Of a stretch of 64,000 nt of DNA, positions 1 through 8,690 are shown in pieces (the stretch's first letter is position 1; each line of letters starts with the position of its first letter). The position numbers and the translations under genes are program-made. The notes under the pieces were generated by a model that was not told the DNA's origin, did not search any database, and saw only the letters and a program-made list of their open reading frames with translations. Source of the stretch: an uncultured Nitrospiraceae bacterium. Its GTDB lineage: Bacteria > Nitrospirota > Thermodesulfovibrionia > Thermodesulfovibrionales > SM23-35. Where the stretch lies: positions 1,376,001 to 1,440,000 of the forward strand of contig CAVSHB010000001.1 of the NCBI GenBank assembly GCA_963727775.1, written 5' to 3'.

Positions 1-510
1 TATAAAAAGGCAGCGGAACAGGGAAACGCTGACGCCCAGACCGTCTTAGGAGGATTGTACCTTGAGGGTTTGGGTGTAGAGAAGGACCCTGCGGTAGCAA
101 TGAGGTGGTTTGAAAAAGCCGCGTTTCAGGGCAGTGAACTGGCGCAATACAACCTGGGCAATATGTATTTGCTTGGACGTGGTACGCCGATTAATTATGA
201 AAAGGCGAAGACGCTTTTCAAGGCGGCGGCGGAAAAAGGACACGCCTGGTCCCAGTTCAATCTCGCCGGAGGCTATTATGAGGGGCGAGGAGTGCCAAAG
301 GATTTTGATAAGGCGGCCAGATGGTGCCGGAAGGCCGCGGAAAATGGTGACGTCCAGGCGCAGTATCAGTTGGGGATGATGTACATTTTGGGACATGGTG
401 TTGCCAAGGATGCGGTCGAGGCCGTGAAGTGGATCCGCATGGCAGCGGAAAAGGGATTTGAGCCTGCCAGGCGCTATTTGAAAGACCAGAACCCAAAAGA
501 CAACCAGTGA
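1..510 (+). CDS. Sel1-like repeat (SLR/TPR) protein, 5' end outside window
   Basis: Frame is open from base 1 (YKKAAEQGNADAQTVLGGLY...) with repeated Sel1 units such as AQYNLGNMYLLGRG and AQYQLGMMYILGHGVAKD. Confidence 0.92.
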   Translation, partial: YKKAAEQGNADAQTVLGGLYLEGLGVEKDPAVAMRWFEKAAFQGSELAQYNLGNMYLLGRGTPINYEKAKTLFKAAAEKGHAWSQFNLAGGYYEGRGVPKDFDKAARWCRKAAENGDVQAQYQLGMMYILGHGVAKDAVEAVKWIRMAAEKGFEPARRYLKDQNPKDNQ

Positions 511-829
511 AGCTTGAAGTATTAAGAAGCCACGGCAGCCTCGGGTCATCTGATTATCAGGACGAAGCTACTGCCTTTGATGTAATATGCGCAGCGGCGA
601 CGGCATGCAGTGAATTATCGGGTGTTTAAGGATCGATAACTTTGTACATTGATATAGCTATTACCGTTTATACTGTGTCTGAAGTGTGTCTGAATCATGC
701 AAGTCACCGGGATCATCTCTTTTTCTTCGCCCGGTGCAACACTTTGTTTAATTCGCTTTCTGTAAACAGAATTTTCCCGCCGAGTTTTAAAGACTTTAAC
801 AGACCGGTGGTAGGCTTCCAATGTGAAAC

Positions 830-1438
830 TCATCTGGAGTTAGATACGCATTTAGTCCCGTCAAAGCACCTCTTGGGACCGCAGTCACATACCGTCACCT
901 GATGGCTGCTGGCGGGCGAGCATCCGCAACCCCCAATCGAGCAGGTGTTTTGGAAATCGCCCACAGAGGCACAGCATAATTTTGTTCCGACAGTTCCCCC
1001 GGAATGTACGCAGGTGAATTCCTTATTATTCAGGTCAAAAACCAACGTGGCAGAGGGGAAAGCAGGTGTTTCAAACCTGCTGCACGTTCCATGGATTGTC
1101 CTGTTGACTTGGCCGGAGATATCTGCTTCGAATGTGCTGGCGCTGCCGGTGATGCGCACAAACTTCTCATCCACTACCCCGTTGACGTTGAAAGGAACGT
1201 CGCCGTCGCCGAATAGCATAGTCCCGGAAAATGTACGGCCCTGCTGCGCCAGAACGTCAAGGCGCGCGCTGATCCTGTCAAATCCGGCACCGGTTGCTAT
1301 TTCTGCGGTACCATCCCATCTTCCAAGGAGGTCGATGGTCTTGGCAGTTGCCATGTTCGCCTCCAGTCCGAGAAACATTAAAACCAAAACCAGCAGAGTG
1401 TAAGTAACAGGCATACGTTTTCTCTTTTCACTTAGCAT
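830..1438 (-). CDS. Secreted hypothetical protein with beta-rich N-domain and C-terminal Cys-rich module
   Basis: Hydrophobic signal-like N-terminus; 10 Cys in the last ~62 aa; TTGACA-17-TATATT promoter upstream. Confidence 0.75.
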   Translation of the reverse strand: MLSEKRKRMPVTYTLLVLVLMFLGLEANMATAKTIDLLGRWDGTAEIATGAGFDRISARLDVLAQQGRTFSGTMLFGDGDVPFNVNGVVDEKFVRITGSASTFEADISGQVNRTIHGTCSRFETPAFPSATLVFDLNNKEFTCVHSGGTVGTKLCCASVGDFQNTCSIGGCGCSPASSHQVTVCDCGPKRCFDGTKCVSNSR

Positions 1439-1544
1439 AGAATAGTTTGAATATAGCAGACACCATTGCTTCTGTCAACGCAGCTAATTAAGGCTGTTAA
1501 GGCTAATTAAGGTGCGGGTTATTACATTACCAATAGGGGCAATA

Positions 1545-1566
1545 AGGCGGGTTGAAAGACCCGCCT
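1545..1566 (-). terminator. Probable intrinsic terminator of the 1593-1973 gene
   Basis: Perfect 8-bp stem AGGCGGGT/ACCCGCCT with a 6-nt loop just downstream of the stop; U-tract is weak. Confidence 0.5.
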
Positions 1567-1592
1567 CTGTCAAAAAGATTTTTAAAAAAATA

Positions 1593-1973
1593 TTATTGAG
1601 CGACTTTTTTCATTTCCTTCCCGCATGTACACTTGCCGGGCTTCTGGCTGATTGTGTCACACTTGCAATTCGGACAACCGCAGGCATACTTGCCGGTGGT
1701 CTTAAAGACCCTTTCCTTTTTCCATCCTTCAGCCATTAAGTATGCTTTGCCTTCTTCAACCTTTGTCACTTTTGCCTTGACCATGTCTTTGCCGCATGTA
1801 CATTTGCCCGGGTTCTTTGACATCGTGTTGCACGGACATTCTTCCCCGCAATTGCATGCATAGATTTGGTCACCGACCTTGAGGTCCATTTTACCCTTTG
1901 GTCCTGCAAAGGCAGGTATGGCGAACGCCATCGCCAAAACAATAATAAATGTTGTTAAAAATAGCTTTTTCAT
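1593..1973 (-). CDS. Exported Cys-rich protein with two heavy-metal-binding-like repeats
   Basis: Signal peptide ending AFA; two YACxC..CxC.T.S..PGKCTCGKxM repeats; GGAGG RBS. Confidence 0.85.
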   Translation of the reverse strand: MKKLFLTTFIIVLAMAFAIPAFAGPKGKMDLKVGDQIYACNCGEECPCNTMSKNPGKCTCGKDMVKAKVTKVEEGKAYLMAEGWKKERVFKTTGKYACGCPNCKCDTISQKPGKCTCGKEMKKVAQ

Positions 1974-2062
1974 TATTTCACCTCCTCTTTAAAAAAAATT
2001 AGAGAATATATCTTCAAAAATAATCTACCATTGTGCGGTGTGAAAGATAAAGCATTTTATCT

Positions 2063-2227
2063 GCCCCGATTATTCATGACTCGTGACGCAGCAGAGCAGA
2101 TGCAGTATCATCACTCATTCTCGGCCCGCTTCTGCGGCCCTCCGAGGAATCCCGATAAAATCGGGATAAAGCCGCTCCGATACAACATCTGCTCTGATTG
2201 ATCAAATAATTTATGAATAATACGGGC
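2063..2227. repeat. Palindromic structured non-coding element, copy A (MITE-like)
   Basis: Terminal inverted repeats GCCCCGATTATTCATGA / TTTATGAATAATACGGGC; inner stem CAGAGCAGATG/CATCTGCTCTG; core shared in inverted orientation with copy B. Confidence 0.7.
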
Positions 2228-2423
2228 TAATCTGAATATTCATAAACGAGGTAGGCACAGGCGAAAGTCAATAGCATGATTCTTGAAGGCGGATGTAGTA
2301 TTTGAGCGGCTTTAAATTCTTTCGCAGAAAGAATTTACCTCGGAGGCTCGATGTATATCAAGCCGAGAATGAGCGAAAATACTATATCCGCCATAGGATT
2401 AGAAATTTATGAATTATGATAGG
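2228..2423. repeat. Structured non-coding element, copy B (inverted relative to A)
   Basis: Ends ATTCATAAA / TTTATGAAT; stem GGCGGATGTAGTATTT/AAATACTATATCCGCC; core blocks GAGCGGCTTTA, CCTCGGAGG and GCCGAGAATGAG identical to the reverse complement of copy A. Confidence 0.65.
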
Positions 2424-2470
2424 TAAATTGAACCTCAGTCGCAACTTATGGTACATTCTTAGCAGCAATA

Positions 2471-3238
2471 ATGATATGCCCTAAGTGTAATTATGACCAG
2501 CCTGACGGCGGCATTGAATGTGTAAAATGCGGTATTGTCTTTGAAAAATATCTGTCGGTAAGAAAGCGGGAACTTGCTAATTCCGCGAATATTTCTCAGT
2601 TCAATAAAAAAGCAGATGAAGAATCGACCGGAACAGGCGCGTATCTAAAAAATCTGCTTTTTTATGTTAAGCCCGAACCCAATATTTTCTATTTGATCGG
2701 CAGGGTATTTGTGCTGTTAGTAATTATTGCCTGGGGCCTGAAATTTATTTTCTCTTCAATAGACAGCAATTATTCCGGGGCCAGTTTCATGCACCTTATC
2801 AATCTTCCTTTTCATGAGGCAGGCCATATATTATTCCGTATCTTCGGTCAATTCATGATGACATTGGGCGGGAGCCTGACACAGTTATTGGTGCCTTCGA
2901 TATGTCTTATGGCCTTTCTTATGAGGACAAAAGACCCGTTCGCGGCTTCAATTTCGTTATGGTGGGTAGGGGAGAACCTGATAGACCTGGCGCCGTATAT
3001 CAACGATGCAAGAGAGCTTAAGCTGATGCTGTTAGGTGGTGTAACCGGTCGGGATGTGGATGACTATCACGATTGGGAATTTATCCTGCGTAACCTGGGA
3101 TTGCTTGAATATGACCACCTGCTCGCTAAAGCCGCCCATGTGACAGGGGCGGTACTGATGATATGCGCATTTATTTGGGGAGGATTCATTTTGGTAAAGC
3201 AATATAAAACCCGTCATTCAGAGCAGGAAGTAAAATAA
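2471..3238 (+). CDS. Zinc-ribbon + M50-like membrane metalloprotease-family protein
   Basis: N-terminal CPKC...CVKC zinc ribbon; HEAGH (HExxH) within a multi-TM region. Confidence 0.75.
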   Translation: MICPKCNYDQPDGGIECVKCGIVFEKYLSVRKRELANSANISQFNKKADEESTGTGAYLKNLLFYVKPEPNIFYLIGRVFVLLVIIAWGLKFIFSSIDSNYSGASFMHLINLPFHEAGHILFRIFGQFMMTLGGSLTQLLVPSICLMAFLMRTKDPFAASISLWWVGENLIDLAPYINDARELKLMLLGGVTGRDVDDYHDWEFILRNLGLLEYDHLLAKAAHVTGAVLMICAFIWGGFILVKQYKTRHSEQEVK

Positions 3239-3287
3239 CAGATTAGATTGATGCAAAAATGATATTTTGAGAGTATAATGTTTATCG

Positions 3288-3593
3288 ATGAATAACGAAG
3301 ATAAACAGGAAAAAAGAGGATCTGAAAGGATCCCTTTCAGAGAGGACATCCTGGTAGACGGTATAAGCGCGTGCACGAGTATGGACATAAGCGAAGGCGG
3401 GCTTTACATTTCTACAATTCAAACTCCTGAGGAAAACAACGTGATTAATGTGATCATCCCTTTTAAGGGGAAGAAGTTAAAGTTTAAAGCTCAAGTCCGA
3501 TATTGTGAACCGGGAATCGGAATGGGCATTATGTTTATAGATTTGGATGACGGGCAAAAAAAAATAATCAAGGAACTACTGAAAAAGGCATAA
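3288..3593 (+). CDS. PilZ domain protein
   Basis: RGSER (RxxxR) and DISEGG (DxSxxG) motifs; GMGIMF near the C-terminus. Confidence 0.88.
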   Translation: MNNEDKQEKRGSERIPFREDILVDGISACTSMDISEGGLYISTIQTPEENNVINVIIPFKGKKLKFKAQVRYCEPGIGMGIMFIDLDDGQKKIIKELLKKA

Positions 3594-3598
3594 AAACC

Positions 3599-4699
3599 AT
3601 GGGCAACGTTATCGAGGTGTTCAAGAAAGTCCTGACCCGGTGCGTTCAGATTAAGGCTTCCGACCTCCATCTTTGCGTAGGATTTGCCTGGAAATATCGG
3701 ATACACGGCCATATTACCGCTCTGAATATCAAACCCTTAGAAATGTCGGAATGCGATGCTATTGTCGAACATATACTCCTGAGCTCAAAGATTTTCGGCG
3801 CTGATGAGATTGAGCAGTCAATGAAGGACCTGCATGACATAGACTGCGCCTATGACCTCCCGGGTGTTTCCCGATTTCGTGTAAATATCTGCCGCCAGAA
3901 GGGATCTTATTCTGTGGTCCTGCGCGTCGTCCCGATCACTATTCCCTCAATAAATGATCTCGGTCTGCCAAAGGTCATTAAAGACATTTCCCTCGAAGAA
4001 AGAGGGCTGATTCTTGTGACCGGCGTTACCGGGAGCGGAAAGTCTACGACACTGGCGGCGATGATAAATTTGATCAACCGGACTAAACCATGTAAGATTG
4101 TTACTATCGAAGACCCCATCGAATACATGCACGAAGAGGTGAAGGCTTCGATTATTCAGAGGGAAGTCGGTCGTGATACAGAAAGCTTTTCGAGCGCGCT
4201 CCGGGCGGCGCTGAGGCAGGATCCGGACGTTATTCTGGTAGGTGAGATGCGCGATACAGTCACTATCGAGACTGCGCTGAAGGCGGCAGAAACGGGGCAT
4301 TTGGTCTTGTCGACGTTGCATACAATGGATGCGCCGAAAACTATTCTCAGGATCATAAGCGCCTTTGAATTAAGTCAACAAAAGGCAGTAAGGCTGAGGC
4401 TGGCGGAAGTACTGAGGGCCGTCATCTCCCAACGGCTGCTGCAACGGAAAGACAAAGAGGGAAGGGTAGCCGTACTGGAAGTCATGAGAAACACCTTAAC
4501 GATAAAAGACTGCATTGAAAATCCCGAAAAAACAAGTTTAATAAAAGATTATATGTCGTCCGGCGGCGACCAATATGGTATGCAGACCTTTGACCAACAT
4601 CTTGTGGAACTGTACAGACGCGGTAAAATAGAATATGATATGGCCAAGTCAGCCGCAACGAGCCCTTCCGATTTTGAACTGACAGTGAATCTCGACTAA
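3599..4699 (+). CDS. pilT: Type IV pilus retraction ATPase, PilT/PilU family
   Basis: ASDLHL, RFRVN, Walker A GVTGSGKST, TIEDPIE, ALRQDPDVILVGEMRD, AETGHLVLSTLHT, GMQTFDQ. Confidence 0.92.
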   Translation: MGNVIEVFKKVLTRCVQIKASDLHLCVGFAWKYRIHGHITALNIKPLEMSECDAIVEHILLSSKIFGADEIEQSMKDLHDIDCAYDLPGVSRFRVNICRQKGSYSVVLRVVPITIPSINDLGLPKVIKDISLEERGLILVTGVTGSGKSTTLAAMINLINRTKPCKIVTIEDPIEYMHEEVKASIIQREVGRDTESFSSALRAALRQDPDVILVGEMRDTVTIETALKAAETGHLVLSTLHTMDAPKTILRIISAFELSQQKAVRLRLAEVLRAVISQRLLQRKDKEGRVAVLEVMRNTLTIKDCIENPEKTSLIKDYMSSGGDQYGMQTFDQHLVELYRRGKIEYDMAKSAATSPSDFELTVNLD

Positions 4700-4760
4700 A
4701 TCTGCTATAATGGTAATGGGTATAAGCAGGAATAAATGACAATATGTATAAGGACATTCA

Positions 4761-5153
4761 ATGAAAAATAGCATTGTTTTATCCTCTACAATTATGGCTG
4801 TTGCAATAAGTGTGCTGTTCGGTTGCAGCGGATATAAAGAGATGAAGCAGGTCAGGAATATGTCAATTAAAGAAATCGACCTTTCTACCGTTTCTGCAGG
4901 CAAATACAGAGGTGACTTTAGTTACGGCGGTTTTACCTACGAGGTTGAGGTATCAATAAAAGGGCACAGAATCGATAATATTACAATTTTAAAAAACAGA
5001 GACAGCATTTATGCGAAAGAAGCTGAAACAGTAATTGATAGAGTGTTATATTCTCAGTCTTTAAATGTCGACGCTGTCAGCGGCGCCACAACAACCAGCA
5101 AAGCTTTGCTAAAGGCTGTTGAAGGCGCGTTATCTAAGGCAGTCTCAAAATAG
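4761..5153 (+). CDS. FMN-binding (flavinylated) lipoprotein
   Basis: Lipobox-like LFGC; DAVSGATTTS flavinylation motif. Confidence 0.88.
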   Translation: MKNSIVLSSTIMAVAISVLFGCSGYKEMKQVRNMSIKEIDLSTVSAGKYRGDFSYGGFTYEVEVSIKGHRIDNITILKNRDSIYAKEAETVIDRVLYSQSLNVDAVSGATTTSKALLKAVEGALSKAVSK

Positions 5154-5235
5154 AATCAATATATTGCAGATGTCCATCGGTCTGCATCGTCTCATGTTTT
5201 TCCCCTGTTTCTAAAACGGTGGGGTACGATATTTC

Positions 5236-5724
5236 ATGGAAAAACTATCTCATTTTGATAAACAGGGCAGAGCGAAAATGGTCGACATCAGCAATAAACC
5301 TATGACCGTGAGGGAGGCCATTGCCAAAGGCTCTGTTTATATGAAACCCGAAACAATGAGGCTCATCGAGGATAAAAAAATACCTAAGGGCGATGTGTTT
5401 TGTGTTTCGAGGATAGCAGGTGTAATGGCTGCAAAATATGTCGGCAGCCTGATTCCGATGTGTCATGCTTTGAATGTCGCATCCATAAATATAGACTTCG
5501 ATCTTGACAGAGAAAAAAATAAGATCGATATCCGGGCACAAGCGAAGATCACAGGGCAGACGGGTGTTGAGATGGAGGCGTTGACCGCGGTATCCGTAGC
5601 CGCTTTGACTGTTTATGATATGTGCAAGTCTGTTGATAAGGAAATGATCATTTCGGATATAATGCTTGTTGAAAAGCGGGGCGGGAAAAGCGGGGTCTTC
5701 AAGAGAAAACAGATGTTATCTTGA
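5236..5724 (+). CDS. moaC: Cyclic pyranopterin monophosphate synthase MoaC
   Basis: MVDIS, KGDV, LIPMCH, TGVEMEALT, YDMCK and KRGG motifs. Confidence 0.97.
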   Translation: MEKLSHFDKQGRAKMVDISNKPMTVREAIAKGSVYMKPETMRLIEDKKIPKGDVFCVSRIAGVMAAKYVGSLIPMCHALNVASINIDFDLDREKNKIDIRAQAKITGQTGVEMEALTAVSVAALTVYDMCKSVDKEMIISDIMLVEKRGGKSGVFKRKQMLS

Positions 5725-7134
5725 TTTTTCGAGTCCCTTTCTTGCCTTCATATTTCCCGGATCGAATTTCAGCGCATTTTGAAACTGCTCATTCGCCTTT
5801 TTCTTCAATCCTTCTTTGAGATAAACCATGCCGAGATTGACATAATGGTCCGCATTTTTCGGTTCCAGTTTTATGGCGGCAAACAATGCTTTTTCAGCGT
5901 CTATTGTACCATTCGGAATCTTGGACAACGCCAAAGAGAGGTAGCTCCAATATCTTGCGTTATCCGGGTTAAGTCCGGTTGCCGATCTGAAAGAGTCAAC
6001 AGACAACAAATAGTCGCCTTTCTTGAACAACTCAATCCCGCGTTTAAAATGCTCTTCTGCTCCGTCCGAAGCCGGGGCTCCGGTATTCTGCGCGAAAATT
6101 TTGACCTTAGAATCGAAACTGTCTCTGAGCATTGAATAGGCGTGTGTTAATGCGTCGAAGATCGAAGTGAGCTTGTCTTTTATTGCAGGGTCAGCAGAAC
6201 TGAAATATCTGTCGGGATGAAATTCCCTTGTGAGTCTGTAGTAATTTTTCTTAATTGTTTCTTCGTCATAATGTTCATTAACCTCAAGGAGTTCATCCGC
6301 GCTCACTGTATCGAGGTTTGCGTATATCTCATCTACTTTCCTTCTGAAAGCGTCTTCATCTTCAGAAACCGGTTGCAATATGTCTTCAAGAGAAACCATC
6401 TCCTCCGTTTCGAACGCCGTCTCTTTTTCTTCGATTACACCTATAGACCATAATGCATACAAGATCTTCATTCCCTCAAATGAGCCTATCCAGGAACTTT
6501 CGATAATCTCTTTGATTGTTTTTTTGCCGTCAATAATTGAAAGCATTTTTCTGTCCTGTGTCCCGAGTTCTATATCCTGGAACAGTATTACAGGGTCGGA
6601 ACTCAGTTTGAGTACTGTGTCGGCAACCGGCATTTCATTTCTGATCCTCGTCCAGTTGTCTATTCTTTTCACTCCGTCGTATATAAGGTTACCCATGCTC
6701 ATCTTCAACGTAATTATTTCATCGGAAGGGATATCTCCCTCAATGAATTCATAGTCGGCGTCTTCGAGCAGAAAAAGGCTGTAGATGATCTCTTTAACCT
6801 GGTATTTTACGCCCCAGAAGAGGTCTTTTGGCGTAATATATCCGAGTTCAACAAGGATCGCGCCGAGTCTTTTCCCTTTTTTCTTCAGTATCTCAACTGA
6901 TTTATCGTATTGCTCCATAGTGATTTTTTCGGCCTTAATGAGCATCTCTCCCAGTCTGTCGTCTTCAAATGTTGATGAGGAAAATATAACGTCGCCTTTC
7001 GACAGGTATGCCTTTTTAGTGAATGCCGGAGTTTTTACGATCAGTGTACCGGTCTTTCTGTTTCTGTTGAGATAGACGAGTATTCTCGTTAGGCTGGTAT
7101 TTTTGATATTTCCCTGGAGCGGCGCTTTTATCAT
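5716..7134 (-). CDS. DUF4388 + DnaJ (J-domain) + TPR protein
   Basis: LQGNI...RKTGTL N-domain with RLGEML/RLGAIL repeats; J-domain HPD (EFHPDRY); C-terminal TPRs. Confidence 0.85.
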   Translation of the reverse strand: MIKAPLQGNIKNTSLTRILVYLNRNRKTGTLIVKTPAFTKKAYLSKGDVIFSSSTFEDDRLGEMLIKAEKITMEQYDKSVEILKKKGKRLGAILVELGYITPKDLFWGVKYQVKEIIYSLFLLEDADYEFIEGDIPSDEIITLKMSMGNLIYDGVKRIDNWTRIRNEMPVADTVLKLSSDPVILFQDIELGTQDRKMLSIIDGKKTIKEIIESSWIGSFEGMKILYALWSIGVIEEKETAFETEEMVSLEDILQPVSEDEDAFRRKVDEIYANLDTVSADELLEVNEHYDEETIKKNYYRLTREFHPDRYFSSADPAIKDKLTSIFDALTHAYSMLRDSFDSKVKIFAQNTGAPASDGAEEHFKRGIELFKKGDYLLSVDSFRSATGLNPDNARYWSYLSLALSKIPNGTIDAEKALFAAIKLEPKNADHYVNLGMVYLKEGLKKKANEQFQNALKFDPGNMKARKGLEKSR

Positions 7135-7637
7135 CGGTATCTTTGCACTTCGAACCTGTAAATTTCTACATCCTCTTGGGGCAGAATTCCGGCCTTCAGT
7201 CTCGTTATCCGTAATTGCTCTTCTATTGTATCGACTCCTTCGAGGTCCGGCAGCAGTAATCCTCTCCTGTGTCCGCTTATAACGATTATGCCGTATTGTT
7301 TTGGGTCAAGTTCGGATATTTCGTTTACCTTTTCAGGACAGGTGAGCACATCAACAGAGTAGGTGAGTTTATCGAGTTCATTTTCTTCGACCGGACGGAA
7401 CCTCGGGTCCTTTGTTGCAGCGGATATGGCGTTTATTATAATTTCATGAGAAATTGACTCACAGGAAGGCGCATAAGTGCCTATGCATCCCCTCAGTTCG
7501 CCATTTTTTTTCACACAGACAAATACGCCCGATTTTTCTGATGATCCCGGTATAGGCGGGTCCGGAGGTTTGATGACCGTGCCTTCCCTTATATAGGTCT
7601 CTACACTCTGCTTTGCGAGTTCAACAAAGGGGTGCAT
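7131..7637 (-). CDS. amrA: AMMECR1 domain protein (AmmeMemoRadiSam protein A)
   Basis: GVFV..K.GELRGCIG, DPRF and GLLLP motifs. Confidence 0.92.
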   Translation of the reverse strand: MHPFVELAKQSVETYIREGTVIKPPDPPIPGSSEKSGVFVCVKKNGELRGCIGTYAPSCESISHEIIINAISAATKDPRFRPVEENELDKLTYSVDVLTCPEKVNEISELDPKQYGIIVISGHRRGLLLPDLEGVDTIEEQLRITRLKAGILPQEDVEIYRFEVQRYR

Positions 7638-8612
7638 TTATTTTCTTCTATACAATGCATAATCAGCTATTGTGAACAGCGCTTCTTTTGAAGGCGAATC
7701 CGGAAATACAGCGAGTTCCGCCTTTGCTTCAGCAATAAGGTCCTGTGCCTTCTTAAGGGAAAATTCAATCGCGTTGTATTTTTTAAAAAGCTTCAGGATT
7801 TTTTTAAGGCTGCTCTTTTTGAAGCCGTCTTTGATAATACTTCCGACCCTTGCTGTTTCCGGGGCGGAAGCTGTCTTTAGAAGATAGATCAAAGGCAGTG
7901 TTATCTTGCCTTCCTTGAGGTCCTTGCCGAGGCTCTTTCCGAGTTCATCTTCTTCAGCCATATAATCAAGTATATCATCCACCATCTGGAAAGCGATCCC
8001 CGTCTTCATCCCGAAACCTGCAAGTGCATCCTCCTTGTCTGTGGGCAGGGACCCTAGGATTGCGCCTATTCTGCACGCGGATGAAATCAGAACTGCGGTC
8101 TTTGCGGATACAATACTAAGGTATTCCTCTTCGGAAATATTCGGGTCTCCTGTTTTGGAAAGTTGTAGAATTTCACCTTCAGTCATCTTTGTTGTTGCCT
8201 CTGAGAGTGACTCCATGACGCGCTGATTTTTTTGCAGGACGGCAAGTCTGAGGGCATTGGAATACAGAAAATCACCTACGAGAATGACTACCTGGTTCCC
8301 CCATAAAGAATGGGCGGGGGTCTTGCCTCTCCTGATATCAGCGCCGTCAATAACGTCGTCGTGCAGGAGAGAGGCAGTGTGTATCGATTCGATGATGCCT
8401 GCAAGGGTCAGGCGAGGGTCTCCTTTATATCCCGATAGATCGGAACTCAACAGAAGAATTAACGGCCTGAGTCTCTTGCCGCCTCCGTCAAGAATATATT
8501 TTCCGATCAGGGGTATGGTCAGGACGTGACTTTTAAAGAGGTCTCTGAGCCTTTCTTCGACAAGCTTCAACTCAGATTCATAAAGCTTGAAGACATCTTC
8601 CAGATCCATCAT
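7638..8612 (-). CDS. ispB: Polyprenyl diphosphate synthase (octaprenyl-type)
   Basis: GGKRLRP, LLHDDVID (first Asp-rich motif), FQMVDDILD (second), GKDLKEGK. Confidence 0.92.
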   Translation of the reverse strand: MMDLEDVFKLYESELKLVEERLRDLFKSHVLTIPLIGKYILDGGGKRLRPLILLLSSDLSGYKGDPRLTLAGIIESIHTASLLHDDVIDGADIRRGKTPAHSLWGNQVVILVGDFLYSNALRLAVLQKNQRVMESLSEATTKMTEGEILQLSKTGDPNISEEEYLSIVSAKTAVLISSACRIGAILGSLPTDKEDALAGFGMKTGIAFQMVDDILDYMAEEDELGKSLGKDLKEGKITLPLIYLLKTASAPETARVGSIIKDGFKKSSLKKILKLFKKYNAIEFSLKKAQDLIAEAKAELAVFPDSPSKEALFTIADYALYRRK

Positions 8613-8690
8613 TAATGGTAGGCCAGCTATTGTTTTAAAGTCAAGTGAAAGGTCATCATATTAATTCTATTAACGATTTGTTTTTTCAGG

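Noticed and set aside
545..580. Hammerhead-like CTGATTA...GAAG segment
   Set aside because: Deviates from the CUGANGA/GAAA core and lacks the three required stems
615..833. 72-aa minus-strand ORF overlapping the stop of the 830-1438 gene
   Set aside because: The ATGA overlap is suggestive but there is no recognisable motif; cannot support as a gene
1483..1511. GCTAATTAAG/GCTGTTAAG/GCTAATTAAG short tandem repeat
   Set aside because: Too short and isolated to assign; not CRISPR-like
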